The notes under the pieces were generated by a model. That model did no database searches. It worked only from the letters and a program-made list of their open reading frames with translations, and was not told the origin of the DNA. Made by a program: the position numbers and the translations under genes. A stretch of DNA of 64,000 bases from positions 1,455 to 65,454 of the IMG/VR virus record IMGVR_UViG_2802429105_000002. One strand, 5' to 3'. The stretch comes from a virus. Each line of letters opens with the position of its first letter. The first letter of the stretch is position 1. Positions 1-10,043 of the stretch are shown here, piece after piece.

Positions 1-364
1 CCATCACCAGATCCTCGGTTAGCGTGACCCCTTTATCGCGCTGGGATTCCGCGTTATGAATCATCTGCTGGCAGTTGACCAACTCCGGCACAATCGTGTG
101 ATCCACCGCCATACCGGCAGTCGTTTGAAACTTGGTGTCTAAGTCCTGAATCCGGGCCGCGACTTTCCAGCCATCACCGACATTGTGTTGACTAGCCTCG
201 GCGGTCTGCCCCTCCCACGCGGTGCCACCGGGCTTCTCGACATAGCCCTTGAACGTCGAAACATGCTGTTCGTACTTGGTGGCCATCGCGTGCACAGCAT
301 CCAGCAGAGGCCGATACGAGCCCGCGTCGATCCCGAGAATCACCGACTTCGCAGGCCCCGACAT
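1..364 (-). CDS. N-terminus of probable ESX-secreted polymorphic toxin (WXG100-like domain), truncated by window edge
   Basis: Read manually: ATG at 364, open to position 1, MSGPAKSVILGIDAGSY...GGTAWEGQTAEASQ; W-x-G motif; directly downstream of a ~100 aa ESX-like gene. Confidence 0.7.
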   Translation of the reverse strand, partial: MSGPAKSVILGIDAGSYRPLLDAVHAMATKYEQHVSTFKGYVEKPGGTAWEGQTAEASQHNVGDGWKVAARIQDLDTKFQTTAGMAVDHTIVPELVNCQQMIHNAESQRDKGVTLTEDLVM

Positions 365-375
365 ACGCAGACCCT

Positions 376-690
376 CTATGCGCGCGGTGTCGGATGTTGG
401 GACATGTTGCCGATCGAGCGCATCACGGCGATGCCGTGTTCCTCGGTCTCGATCACCCCGGACAGGAACGCGCCCCGCACATCATCCAATGCCCCCATCC
501 ATCCATCAAAGGCATGTCCCACGTTCGGCAGAGTCTCGGTCGCCAACCGTTGCAACGCCACCAGAGCAGGACTTGCCCCTGGCGAGGACGCGCCCGGCCC
601 GATGTCGCCACGCAAGTCAGTCCGCAGAGCGTCGATCTGCTTACCGAGCCGGTCTAAGGCGTCCAGATCAGCTTTGAGCACACCGCCCAT
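376..690 (-). CDS. WXG100/ESX-substrate-like small protein (104 aa)
   Basis: Start re-called at ATG 690 behind GGAGG; MGGVLKADLDALDRLGKQID helical N-terminus typical of type VII substrates. Confidence 0.7.
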   Translation of the reverse strand: MGGVLKADLDALDRLGKQIDALRTDLRGDIGPGASSPGASPALVALQRLATETLPNVGHAFDGWMGALDDVRGAFLSGVIETEEHGIAVMRSIGNMSQHPTPRA

Positions 691-800
691 TCCCCCACCT
701 CCTTGACTCGCACCGACCGCACCTGTGAGTGACCAGCGACACACTACATGGGTAGTAGCAAACCCGCTAGCTCTGGCCATGAGCATAACCAGATACACAA

Positions 801-860
801 AGAAGGGCACCGCGCGCTCAACCCCCAGGGGAAACAAGGGGGAGCACACGGTGCCCTTCT
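801..860 (-). terminator. Intrinsic terminator closing the lysis operon
   Basis: Long inverted repeat AGAAGGGCACCG...CGGTGCCCTTCT followed on the minus strand by TTGTGT. Confidence 0.75.
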
Positions 861-876
861 AGTCTGTGAAACTCAC

Positions 877-1143
877 TTACGCCGCTGCCGGCGCATCCTT
901 CCGTGACAAGCTCGACAGTCGCTCGATGTGATCGGGCCGGAACCCGGCCCATGTCCACGTAGCGCCTTCGCCACAATCCACCACCACCACCGGAAAACTC
1001 AGATGTCCATCTGCCTTGAACGCCGCGATCTGACCAGCGTCAGCGGTAACGCTCACATAGTGAACGCCCTGCTTATCGAGTCTTAGTTTCGTCATTCGGC
1101 ATGCCTGACACGGGGCATCCGGTGAATAGATTGTTACCTCCAA
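877..1143 (-). CDS. nrdH: NrdH-like glutaredoxin
   Basis: VTIYS...CQAC redox motif, SFPVVVV, WAGFRPD. Confidence 0.85.
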   Translation of the reverse strand: MEVTIYSPDAPCQACRMTKLRLDKQGVHYVSVTADAGQIAAFKADGHLSFPVVVVDCGEGATWTWAGFRPDHIERLSSLSRKDAPAAA

Positions 1144-1550
1144 AGCTCAAGTTCCTTCTCTAGTCCGCGTTCGCGCATCCACTTATCGCGGAACTCAAGG
1201 AACGGCATGTGACGCTCCAGCGCCCAGCCCTGAGCTGCGGCAAGCAACTCCTGGCGGTGGTGCCATTCCTGATCGGCCAGCATGTACGCGAAATAACACT
1301 CATCCCGATACAACAACGACCTCACCCGACCGTCCAAGGCAACAACCTGATCGCGCAACAGATCAGCCTCAGCCTTGGATAGAGCGCGCCGAGTCCGAAT
1401 GAACTTTCCAATCGGACCCAGCGCCCTGCTAAATGACTCGGAAGTCAACGCCAGAAAGCGGACACAGATAGAAACCCCGAACAACAGTGCAGCAACCAAC
1501 GTCACCGAGGGCCAATGCGCTGCAAGGAGATTCGCCCACTCCGCTTCCAT
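1134..1550 (-). CDS. Membrane protein of the lysis cassette
   Basis: N-terminal TM segment plus helical region; follows the holin. Confidence 0.65.
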   Translation of the reverse strand: MEAEWANLLAAHWPSVTLVAALLFGVSICVRFLALTSESFSRALGPIGKFIRTRRALSKAEADLLRDQVVALDGRVRSLLYRDECYFAYMLADQEWHHRQELLAAAQGWALERHMPFLEFRDKWMRERGLEKELELWR

Positions 1551-1559
1551 CGATTACCC

Positions 1560-1787
1560 CTAACCCGACCCCGACGTAACGTCGTCGGTGGAGTCAATCA
1601 AGTCTGCGACGCTCGGATTCGTCAAATACAAATGCAATGCCTTCACTGCCAGGCCAGCAGCGGCAATCGCCCCCGCTAGCTGTGCAGGCAATCCGGCTGG
1701 CACCGCAGCGACAAGCACCGTCAGCGCTCCCAGCACGACCACCGCAGTCTTGCGCAGGTCAGATGGCTTACGCCCGAACACCTTCAT
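1560..1787 (-). CDS. Putative holin
   Basis: Start re-called at ATG 1787 (MKVFGRK); two hydrophobic helices; follows the lysins. Confidence 0.65.
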   Translation of the reverse strand: MKVFGRKPSDLRKTAVVVLGALTVLVAAVPAGLPAQLAGAIAAAGLAVKALHLYLTNPSVADLIDSTDDVTSGSG

Positions 1788-2229
1788 TAAGGGTCCCCTC
1801 CTTCTTCTTCTCGACAGCGGCCTTGGCGCGTGAGCCATTCACACGCGGGGCAGGCTTCACATCGGCAACCGAACCGACAACGAACTGTCGAATCGGTGCC
1901 AGCTCCTTCAACGCTTCTTGCACCTTCTGGGCAGTTACCCCGCCACCGACGCTCGTTGGCGTCAGCACCCGGAACTCACCGCTGGCATGGAGCTTCTGAC
2001 CGGACAGCGCCGAGGTAACAGCGCCCACGGTATGCACCCAAGAATCCGCCGTAACCTCAACTACAACAAGGATTTTCGATAGCTTCCCACGATCAGCTGC
2101 GTGCTTGGCCCACGAATAGTTGCGTCGGAAATGCTTATCGACACGCCCGCCACGGACCGCCAATAGCGTTACCTCATCGTCCTCGAACTCATCGCTCAAG
2201 ACCGGAATCTGTTCATCAAAAACCAACAT
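1768..2229 (-). CDS. Hypothetical protein in lysis cassette
   Basis: ORF in operon with RBS-like AAGGGGG. Confidence 0.6.
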   Translation of the reverse strand: MLVFDEQIPVLSDEFEDDEVTLLAVRGGRVDKHFRRNYSWAKHAADRGKLSKILVVVEVTADSWVHTVGAVTSALSGQKLHASGEFRVLTPTSVGGGVTAQKVQEALKELAPIRQFVVGSVADVKPAPRVNGSRAKAAVEKKKEGTLNEGVRA

Positions 2230-2244
2230 CGCTGGCCCCCTTAT

Positions 2245-3330
2245 CTACGCCGCCAACAATCGAGCGGCATCCGCATTCAATGTTTCAATCGCGTGCCGAA
2301 CCGGCGTGACCCCCGGAAACACCTCGTACTGCCCGTAGCGGCCATGCGCCCCGGTGATCGCGAATTTCGCAAGCCGGAACAACGCGTCAACCAACCCGAT
2401 CCCGCCCTTGACTGGATCGCTGAACAGCTTGATCAACTGGCGCATCAGCGACGGATCGCCCGTCAGTGCCGAAATGATGTCCCGGCCAGGATCGTGGATC
2501 TGCATCTTCGTCAATGCCTTGTAAACGGCACGCATGTTGGTACCGCCCTCGGTGCCATCCGGTGTGGTGCAGTACATGTCGCCGTCAATCGCGTAGTCCA
2601 GCACCGTCACCGACTCCGGGACCAACAAGCGGATACCCGAGATACCGGAACCACCAGGATCACGCCCCACGCAGACGCCCGGTTGCCGCGCCGGGTTGCC
2701 GAACGCAACGAACCACAGACAGTCCTTTAGCCGGTCCTTGAGCCGCCCTGAGACCAGTTCAATCAGAATCCGTGACACTACCTCAGCGCCCTGGCTGTAG
2801 CCGCACAACGCGAACTGGCCCGGTGTGGCCTTGATAAGGCGAATACCTTCCTCAACGCCGAGGGCTACCGATTCCTCGTAGCTCGGAGCAGGCCCACCAC
2901 CAACCGGGCCGAATGAGGCCGGGTACCAGATCGGCTGCCAAAAGAAGTAGCGCCGGTCAAGGGCCCGAGCAACATCAGCTTGCAAACCCGTCCACATATC
3001 CGACCAGGTGCCGGCAGCGGTGAAAATCGTCAGCGGTGCCCGAGGTGGCGTCGTGGTGACAACACCCATCCGAACCAACGTCGCGTAGTTCGCGATGCCA
3101 ACCTCGTCCGGCTTGACGCCGGTACCGATCAGTCCGGCCCGATTCTGGAACTCCCCGACAGCGGCAAACGTCGCGCCGTCATATCGTCCAGACACCACCA
3201 CGGCACCGGTGTAGCTCGCATACTTCCGTTTGAGCTTGTCCTGAATCTGCCAGATCATGCCGCCCGGAACAATGTTGCCGTCACCATCTTTGGGGTCCGT
3301 CATGCCCAATTCGTATCCACGCCAGGCCAT
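2245..3330 (-). CDS. lysB: Lysin B (cutinase-like mycolylarabinogalactan esterase)
   Basis: GYSQG serine motif, FGNP, GDMY; N-terminal PG-binding-like region; follows lysin A. Confidence 0.9.
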   Translation of the reverse strand: MAWRGYELGMTDPKDGDGNIVPGGMIWQIQDKLKRKYASYTGAVVVSGRYDGATFAAVGEFQNRAGLIGTGVKPDEVGIANYATLVRMGVVTTTPPRAPLTIFTAAGTWSDMWTGLQADVARALDRRYFFWQPIWYPASFGPVGGGPAPSYEESVALGVEEGIRLIKATPGQFALCGYSQGAEVVSRILIELVSGRLKDRLKDCLWFVAFGNPARQPGVCVGRDPGGSGISGIRLLVPESVTVLDYAIDGDMYCTTPDGTEGGTNMRAVYKALTKMQIHDPGRDIISALTGDPSLMRQLIKLFSDPVKGGIGLVDALFRLAKFAITGAHGRYGQYEVFPGVTPVRHAIETLNADAARLLAA

Positions 3331-4484
3331 TACGCCACCATCTTTGCGATAGCGTCAACGAGGGACAGGTTCTCCCCCTTGGTGTTCTTGCCGAGCTGGG
3401 GCCAACCCCTAGCCTCAGGTCCACGTAGCTGCTCCCAAATTTCACGGATCATGACCTCAGTCGAGGGATACGTGAATCCTGGTGTCACAGTCTCGCTTCC
3501 GGAGTACTTGTTCACCGCAGCGATAAAGACATCCCAAGGAAATCCGTCGCCGACGTCGGTGTGGTTTCCCCACCCCAAGTGCTCAGTGACGTACCGGTGA
3601 TCTGAAATCCCCGGCGGATCACCGTCATACGGCGGAATGATCACGTACGGCTTGATTCCGTACTTCTTGCAGTCCTGTGCGGCCAAGTACGCCGCAGCCG
3701 CAATGGCCTTGGGTGCCTTGGTCAACCAGTCCTGACGTGTCCACGCAGCCTTGGAGCCCGCGAAGCACAGGTTAATTGAGCGGTTGTTCGCGTTCCCGAC
3801 CGACCATGACGCGTAATCTGTGTCAACGACATCAACAACCGTCACCCCGTGATCGTTAGCGTCCTCACTTACCGTGTAGTGATAGGAGACAGCCTTTTTC
3901 GGATCGCCGCCTGGAGCCGGGTTGCCGCAGTAGCGCGCCAACTGATCGGCATTGCTATCTCCTTCTTGCGTATGCAGTAGGAATAGGTCAACCTTCGTGC
4001 CGCCACGGCTCTGGTTATTGTCCGACCAGATCGGATACTCATTGAAATCCGGTCGATCAACCACAACACTGGCCTCCAGCCGGTTGTAGAGCGCAACGGC
4101 ATCGTTGAACCGCTGGTCGTAGCGGTCTGGAAACGCCGACTGCTGTACCGATTGGGCATACGAACCCGGACTGCGCGACGGGTTGTTGTAGTCGAGCTTG
4201 GCCAGGGCTGCAAAGAACAAACCAGCAGAACGGGCAGCGTCCATACGGTCAGCCACCGTCCCCCACCACGGCGCACGCTGCTGAAACAAACCGGTCGAAT
4301 TCTCATCCTCAGACAAATCCTCGTGCGGATAATTCAATGAATCCGGATCAGCCTCATTCGCATACATAATGAAATCAGATTCCACATACGCGGTTGCCAA
4401 TCCGATTTGAATACCCCGAGGCGTGATGCCTCTTCGTCGCCCCTCCGCGATTATCGCGCGTGCGTAATCATCTTTTGAGCCCAT
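3330..4484 (-). CDS. lysA: Lysin A (N-acetylmuramoyl-L-alanine amidase domain)
   Basis: LHTQEG, SYHY, HTDVGDGFPW amidase motifs; C-terminal GWPQLG cell-wall-binding motif. Confidence 0.92.
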   Translation of the reverse strand: MGSKDDYARAIIAEGRRRGITPRGIQIGLATAYVESDFIMYANEADPDSLNYPHEDLSEDENSTGLFQQRAPWWGTVADRMDAARSAGLFFAALAKLDYNNPSRSPGSYAQSVQQSAFPDRYDQRFNDAVALYNRLEASVVVDRPDFNEYPIWSDNNQSRGGTKVDLFLLHTQEGDSNADQLARYCGNPAPGGDPKKAVSYHYTVSEDANDHGVTVVDVVDTDYASWSVGNANNRSINLCFAGSKAAWTRQDWLTKAPKAIAAAAYLAAQDCKKYGIKPYVIIPPYDGDPPGISDHRYVTEHLGWGNHTDVGDGFPWDVFIAAVNKYSGSETVTPGFTYPSTEVMIREIWEQLRGPEARGWPQLGKNTKGENLSLVDAIAKMVA

Positions 4485-4711
4485 TACCCCCCAATGCGCT
4501 TAAACGGATTCAACTTGTCGATGAAATCCTTAATCGATCCCGACACCTGCACGATGATTCCCTTGGAAATACCCTCGGCAAGATCACCCAACTCATCGAT
4601 GATCGAATCTGAAATATGATTTGCGATACCAGGAACGCGTTCGGCGACCTTCTCTGCGATCTTGTCCGCGATAGCATCCTGAAACTTGTCAATACGCTCA
4701 GAAATACCCAC
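4484..4711 (-). CDS. Hypothetical protein
   Basis: Start re-called at GTG 4711; abuts both neighbours. Confidence 0.55.
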   Translation of the reverse strand: MGISERIDKFQDAIADKIAEKVAERVPGIANHISDSIIDELGDLAEGISKGIIVQVSGSIKDFIDKLNPFKRIGG

Positions 4712-5649
4712 TACACACCGTCTTTCGCTTCCCAAGCCGTTGGCTCGACACCCGGCGACAACAGCGCGGTATTCCACGAAAGGCCCGTATAACGGAACCC
4801 CTCACCATGCGGAATCAAATTCCCCGTATCAGCCCACTCGATGAGCGGCGACAGAGAAGTGCCCTTATAGCAGGCCAGCATGTTGGCCAGGAAGTTGTAC
4901 TTGATCGTGTACACGTCGCCATTGGCGGTCGTGTTGTCCACTGGATCGCCCTGGTAGTCCCATGCCACGGGTCCGTTGCCGGTGATAACGTGAACTTTGT
5001 TGTTCACAATGCCGGTCTCGAACTGGATGCCCATATAGGTTTGCATCGCGTAGTCCGAACAAACAACGACGTTGAACTTTCCGGCACCGACATTGAGAAC
5101 CTTGACGACGATGGTTACCGAATCCATATTCATCGGCCACAACCAACGCGCAGCCGCCGAGGTAAACAGCGGATATTTCGGCCCCATGGACGGGTCTTGT
5201 GAAATCAGCGCATGCTCGTGAATCTCCAATGACCCCGTACCGCCCATGGGACGCCACATCGGGCCGATGTACTTACCACGGAAATTCGCCTTGTACTGCT
5301 TAGCCGTATCCTCTGGATCGATAATCCGTTCAAGTGGATACTTCGGCTCATCTCGAACAACGGTCCCATACCGATACAGCTCCACGCGCCCATCGGGCAA
5401 CGTAAGAAATACCTGAAAATTGTCACCATGCCGAATGTCCTTGACGGTGGCCGGTTCCTCCAGAAAGGAGACACCAACTTTATCCACGGAACCTTCGAAC
5501 GTGCCCAACTCTGCACCGGCAGAATCGGTGAAAATCAGTGCAGCCTCGGTGCCCGCAGGGAAATCACCACGCAACCGATGGGACGGAATATCCAAACTCG
5601 CACCCTTTGACAAACTCAAAGAGTCCATGATCGGATTGATACTCAACAA
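4711..5649 (-). CDS. Minor tail protein
   Basis: Position in tail module; beta-rich C-terminal domain. Confidence 0.7.
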   Translation of the reverse strand: MLSINPIMDSLSLSKGASLDIPSHRLRGDFPAGTEAALIFTDSAGAELGTFEGSVDKVGVSFLEEPATVKDIRHGDNFQVFLTLPDGRVELYRYGTVVRDEPKYPLERIIDPEDTAKQYKANFRGKYIGPMWRPMGGTGSLEIHEHALISQDPSMGPKYPLFTSAAARWLWPMNMDSVTIVVKVLNVGAGKFNVVVCSDYAMQTYMGIQFETGIVNNKVHVITGNGPVAWDYQGDPVDNTTANGDVYTIKYNFLANMLACYKGTSLSPLIEWADTGNLIPHGEGFRYTGLSWNTALLSPGVEPTAWEAKDGV

Positions 5650-5662
5650 TTAAAAACACCCC

Positions 5663-7252
5663 CTAAACGGTGCTATTAGTCACCTCCGGAGGCACGGCAC
5701 AGACACGCAACTCTCCGGCGACAACAACACGTCGCGATTCCCCCGCAACCTCGACACGGAACACTTCGCCGTCAACAAGGGCGGTCCGATCCTGAAACTG
5801 GACCGTCACCGCCCTGCCATCTGGACCGACCACCAGGTAGCGGTCGTCGGCCAGCACGAACACCGCGCGATCATCGAATGCGACATCGACAATCTCGCGT
5901 GGACTGTCAAAGCGGACGTACATCACCGCAACAACGTCCAGGTCGGCGCTAGCCTCCCAGAGTGCCGCCAGGATCGCCCCCGACAGGAACACCCCGCCGA
6001 GGTCAGCGCGTGCGTGTCGCGCGACCAACGCCGAGGCCGTCAGTTGCGCCGACATCTCCAGTGACACATCACCGGTATCGCCACCAACACCGTCAACGTT
6101 GGCGGTAGCCGCCACGGCAAGGTTCGCCCCTGCGCGCGCATCGCGTGCTGCCGACGCCTCGCGAAAGACGTTCACGGCCAGGCTGCAATCAACGCCGGCC
6201 CTGTAGGTCACCGATGCGCTCGGAACCACTACCAGGCTCAGTGCCGCAGCAAGATTCTGTCCGCGCGAGGCCGCCGCAGCCATGGCAGCGGCAACAGCCA
6301 AGGACCCCTCAAAGCCCTGTCTCGACGCCATACCGGCAGACGGGGAGATGATCACATTCAGATCGCAATCGGCAACATCGTGCTCGGTCGCCGCAGCCGA
6401 GGTCTGAGCCGAGATAGCCAGACTCACCGAACCATTGAGAACCTTCGTAACCGTGCCGGTGAAGACACCGTTTATCACCAGATTGCTTTGCGCATTCGCC
6501 AGGTACTTCGGCCCTGTTGAAGGCGTCGCGGCCACACCGAGATTCGCGCTGGCTGACATTGCCCGTGAACCGACAACATTCACCGTCGCCATAACGGCCA
6601 ATGCTGCCGAGGCCAAGAAGCTCGAACGCACACCGGCATTCGCGCCGACGCCTACCGCCAGCGATGTGTCAGCGGTCCAAGCAACCGGCTCGTACCAGGC
6701 GTAGAACCACACGCGGCCAGCTCCCCCGGCTTTGCCCGGATTAGCCGACCCGAAGATTCCACCTGATCCCGGCCCGCCACCAGCGCCAGGAGCAGTACCA
6801 GCGGTATTCGTGGACCCTCCCGTACCGCCGCTATAGGTCTGCCCGTTATAGGTGGTGTTTCCCGGACTCTCACCTGGTGTGTTCTTCCCATTACCGGCAT
6901 ATGCGCCCGCGCCGCCGGCACCACCCGTGGCGGTGACCGTTGAACCATTGAAGGTCGCGGACGTTTGACCCCCCGCACCGCCGGCTGTCTCTTTGCTGGG
7001 GCTGGCTGGCCCCGCAGCACCCACCATGCCGCTCACCGTCGCGGCAGCCCACGACCCGCCATCGGAGCGAGTCAGGGTGTAGCTCTGCCACGTACCCTTC
7101 TTGCCGCCCTCACCCGTGGTGGCCTGTCCACCATCACCGCCGCCGCCTCCACCCCCGCCGCCGATCAGGATTACATCGACGCGGTTAGCTTCGGCAGGCA
7201 ACGTGTAGGTGTAAGAGCCGACCGCCGTAATCGTCGTCAGCCCCAACGCCAT
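5663..7252 (-). CDS. Glycine-rich minor tail protein
   Basis: IGGGGGGGGG glycine-rich domain then Ala/Val-rich repeats. Confidence 0.75.
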   Translation of the reverse strand: MALGLTTITAVGSYTYTLPAEANRVDVILIGGGGGGGGGDGGQATTGEGGKKGTWQSYTLTRSDGGSWAAATVSGMVGAAGPASPSKETAGGAGGQTSATFNGSTVTATGGAGGAGAYAGNGKNTPGESPGNTTYNGQTYSGGTGGSTNTAGTAPGAGGGPGSGGIFGSANPGKAGGAGRVWFYAWYEPVAWTADTSLAVGVGANAGVRSSFLASAALAVMATVNVVGSRAMSASANLGVAATPSTGPKYLANAQSNLVINGVFTGTVTKVLNGSVSLAISAQTSAAATEHDVADCDLNVIISPSAGMASRQGFEGSLAVAAAMAAAASRGQNLAAALSLVVVPSASVTYRAGVDCSLAVNVFREASAARDARAGANLAVAATANVDGVGGDTGDVSLEMSAQLTASALVARHARADLGGVFLSGAILAALWEASADLDVVAVMYVRFDSPREIVDVAFDDRAVFVLADDRYLVVGPDGRAVTVQFQDRTALVDGEVFRVEVAGESRRVVVAGELRVCAVPPEVTNSTV

Positions 7253-7642
7253 TTACGCCGCCAAAGGCCCAAGCGACAGACCGCAACTGGTCAACGTCAA
7301 CGAGTCGCCCGCCTGCACACTCTTAACGACTGCCAACTGTGCCGACCACAAGAACACACCCCCGGTAGCGGCATCCCACACAGAGATGTACTTGATGTCC
7401 TCGGTAGCGGTCATGGACCACGACGGATTCGTACCCGTCAACGCGATAGCGCCACCAGCGGCAGGCCCGTACGTCGCCTGCGAACGCGTAGTCACCGCAG
7501 ACAGATTCGCCGTTCCGTTCGCGCCAGGGTCGCCCGTATGCAACTGCACACGCAACGTCGCTGGCTGCGCCCATGCAGTACCGCCACGCAAATGGTCCAG
7601 AATTCGGTTGGCTAGCCCAGATACAGAAATTCCAATAGCCAT
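7253..7642 (-). CDS. Minor tail / fibre-associated protein
   Basis: QLHTGDPGANGTAN and ISVWDAATGG motifs typical of actinophage tail proteins. Confidence 0.75.
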   Translation of the reverse strand: MAIGISVSGLANRILDHLRGGTAWAQPATLRVQLHTGDPGANGTANLSAVTTRSQATYGPAAGGAIALTGTNPSWSMTATEDIKYISVWDAATGGVFLWSAQLAVVKSVQAGDSLTLTSCGLSLGPLAA

Positions 7643-7800
7643 ATTCAGTTTTCCCTATTCAATTGTTAAAAGGCGCAGACGAGCTAGCTAATCCTCCGAC
7701 TGCTCGCCGCGCGTTACCTCAGCATCGGCCCAAGCCCGAATCACCAAGAGCTGCACATCGTCTCGACTAATATCGTCTTGCCCAGTTTCGCCGGCTTGCA

Positions 7801-8076
7801 CTACAACTCCTTGCACTGAATCTGAATCGTTCGGTCGTCCTGGCGACCACCAGCGGTCGTCACATGTACCGTCACGTCATAGGTCGTGCCCGCCGCGCCA
7901 CCGGAGAGCCACACCGTTGCCTCGGTATTGGTGTTCGCGGTTTGATCAACGGTCAACCCCGTTGTGGCGGTCGCTGTCGCGGACACCAATGTGTCGCCAG
8001 GGGCAAGCCACGCATTCCAATCAAGGGTGTAGTCCAGTACCGCGTGAGGGTCCTTGACAAACTTCTTCAACGCCAT
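7801..8076 (-). CDS. Small tail adaptor-like protein
   Basis: Start re-called at ATG 8076; KDPHAVLDYTLDW...TVWLSGG...GRQDDRTI. Confidence 0.65.
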   Translation of the reverse strand: MALKKFVKDPHAVLDYTLDWNAWLAPGDTLVSATATATTGLTVDQTANTNTEATVWLSGGAAGTTYDVTVHVTTAGGRQDDRTIQIQCKEL

Positions 8077-8080
8077 CGGC

Positions 8081-8245
8081 TCACTTATCCTCCCAATCGG
8101 CGACTTCATCGAAAGAGCCGTAATGGCCACCGTTTTCGATGGTCATCACCGCCCACGACATCGGTCCCGAACCGTCTTCGCGCTTCATCGCAACCGCCCC
8201 GTCGCATGCCTTTACTGCGCCCCGCTTGTACACGTCTTGTGCCAT
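8081..8245 (-). CDS. Hypothetical protein (54 aa)
   Basis: Read manually, below ORF-track cutoff: MAQDVYKRGAVK...EVADWEDK; fills operon gap. Confidence 0.5.
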   Translation of the reverse strand: MAQDVYKRGAVKACDGAVAMKREDGSGPMSWAVMTIENGGHYGSFDEVADWEDK

Positions 8246-8572
8246 CTATGCCACCGCCAGCATGTATCCGAGTTCCCGCAGCGCAGCCTCATGGCTCTGG
8301 GCCACCAGGCGCGCGATCGGCGTCAGTCCGTTGGACGGATCGCCGTCGCTGTCTAGAACCTCGGCATTGGCGTTGGATGCGAACACATCGACGTGGATCG
8401 GCAGGTGCGATGCCGCCACCGGAACCGTCATCCCCAACGTCTTATTCAGTGTCCCAACAGAATCGAGTGTCGGCTTAGTGACCAACAGATACGTGCCGTC
8501 TGAACACTTGTAGTGGTTCGTCGTCGGACAATAGTTCGGCAGCATTTCTGCCACCAGTTCAGCCGTAATCAT
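8246..8572 (-). CDS. Hypothetical tail-region protein
   Basis: Start re-called at ATG 8572 behind GAGGGGG. Confidence 0.6.
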   Translation of the reverse strand: MITAELVAEMLPNYCPTTNHYKCSDGTYLLVTKPTLDSVGTLNKTLGMTVPVAASHLPIHVDVFASNANAEVLDSDGDPSNGLTPIARLVAQSHEAALRELGYMLAVA

Positions 8573-8585
8573 CAATCCCCCTCGA

Positions 8586-10040
8586 TTACCTGTAGAACAA
8601 CCACACGACACCCGTAGCGCCAGGTCCGCCAGGCCCCTGGTTTCCGTTGCCGTACGTCGCATTCAGACCACGACCACCACCGGCACCACCGCCGCCGCCC
8701 GGATAGCCACCAGGCCCGCCACGGCCACCGTTGCCGGCACTCTGAAACGCTGCGCCGCCGCCACCACGGCCACCGCCGCCGCCCCCGCCACCGCCGCACT
8801 TGGTCAACGCGCCGGCAGAGACATTGCCGCCAGCGCCCCCGTCACCGCCATCACCAGCATTGACACCAGCGGTGCCAGCGCTTCCGCCAACGGCGGCAGT
8901 ACTGGGCGCACCGGGACCACCCGGCGTCGGTTCACGACCTCCAATGGTGTTGCCGCCCGCCGCGCCGAAACCGCCACTGCCTGGCTGAGACGCTGTTCCG
9001 GCATAGCCGAACGTGGTGGCCGTGCCACCCAACGAGCCATGAGGACCAGACTCAACAATGATCGTGCCCGTGTGAGATCCATTCGCGGACCGCACATAGG
9101 ACCTATTGCCTGCTGTGCCAACTTGGATGTCCAGTGCGGAGGGAAGATCAGCAACCACAAGCTGCTGCACGATGTACGAGCCGTGCGAGCCCCCGAGAGC
9201 GCCCGGCCCCTGAGGCCCGTCCACCCCATCGGCACCATTTTGACCGCCACCAATCAGAACGGCCACCATCTCCGTACACTGCGGCGTGGCCCAATTGACC
9301 TGCGATGAAACGAAAGTCGTCACGGTATAGCCGTTTACGACAGCATCTTTGATCGCCGCAATGGTGTACTGGACCTCCTGCGGGCTGCCGGTACCGCCAC
9401 CGCCGAACCAGCCATCGAACAGGCCTTTAATGACTGAGCCGAGGTCATTGCCGACCTTCGTCAGCCCGTCAACCAAGTTGGCCAACACATTGGTCAGTCC
9501 GGCAACCATGGACTGCGCGAACTGACCTGAGGTGATCTTGGATGCGTCCAAACCGGGGATGACTGCCGCCGCCAACAAGCCAATGACCTTGCCCGCATCC
9601 AGATTCGAGGCCGCCGTCAACAGCTGCGTCACCCAGCTCTGCACCTGTGAATCGGTGGCCCCGGTGATCCCGGTAAGAATGTCGCGTAGCCACTTCAACC
9701 CAACAATCGACTCAATGGCCTGCTCGAACGCATCGGCCAAGTCATTCCAGCGCGCCGCGAAGAACGCCGTGAGCTCCACAAGCCCGCCCGGAGCGCCCGT
9801 AGCTGCCTTGACCACCAGAGTCAAGAAGTTCTGTAGGTCACCAAACCCCTTGAGAATGTTCTGAAAGAACGTGTCGGCAGCGGTTTTCCACGGATCAGAG
9901 CCCTGAATCTGCGTCTTGTAGTACTCATCGACATACGGACGGGTTCGACCCTCGAACTGCGACATGCCCTTTTTCACCGTGAAGGGATGGAGCCAGCCTG
10001 CGCCAGGCGTCAGGCCAGTCCCCCCATCTGGCATCGTCAT
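8586..10040 (-). CDS. Minor tail protein (glycine-rich C-terminus)
   Basis: LDASKITSGQF repeat motif and Gly-rich domain typical of mycobacteriophage minor tails. Confidence 0.8.
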   Translation of the reverse strand: MTMPDGGTGLTPGAGWLHPFTVKKGMSQFEGRTRPYVDEYYKTQIQGSDPWKTAADTFFQNILKGFGDLQNFLTLVVKAATGAPGGLVELTAFFAARWNDLADAFEQAIESIVGLKWLRDILTGITGATDSQVQSWVTQLLTAASNLDAGKVIGLLAAAVIPGLDASKITSGQFAQSMVAGLTNVLANLVDGLTKVGNDLGSVIKGLFDGWFGGGGTGSPQEVQYTIAAIKDAVVNGYTVTTFVSSQVNWATPQCTEMVAVLIGGGQNGADGVDGPQGPGALGGSHGSYIVQQLVVADLPSALDIQVGTAGNRSYVRSANGSHTGTIIVESGPHGSLGGTATTFGYAGTASQPGSGGFGAAGGNTIGGREPTPGGPGAPSTAAVGGSAGTAGVNAGDGGDGGAGGNVSAGALTKCGGGGGGGGGRGGGGAAFQSAGNGGRGGPGGYPGGGGGAGGGRGLNATYGNGNQGPGGPGATGVVWLFYR

Positions 10041-10043
10041 TGA

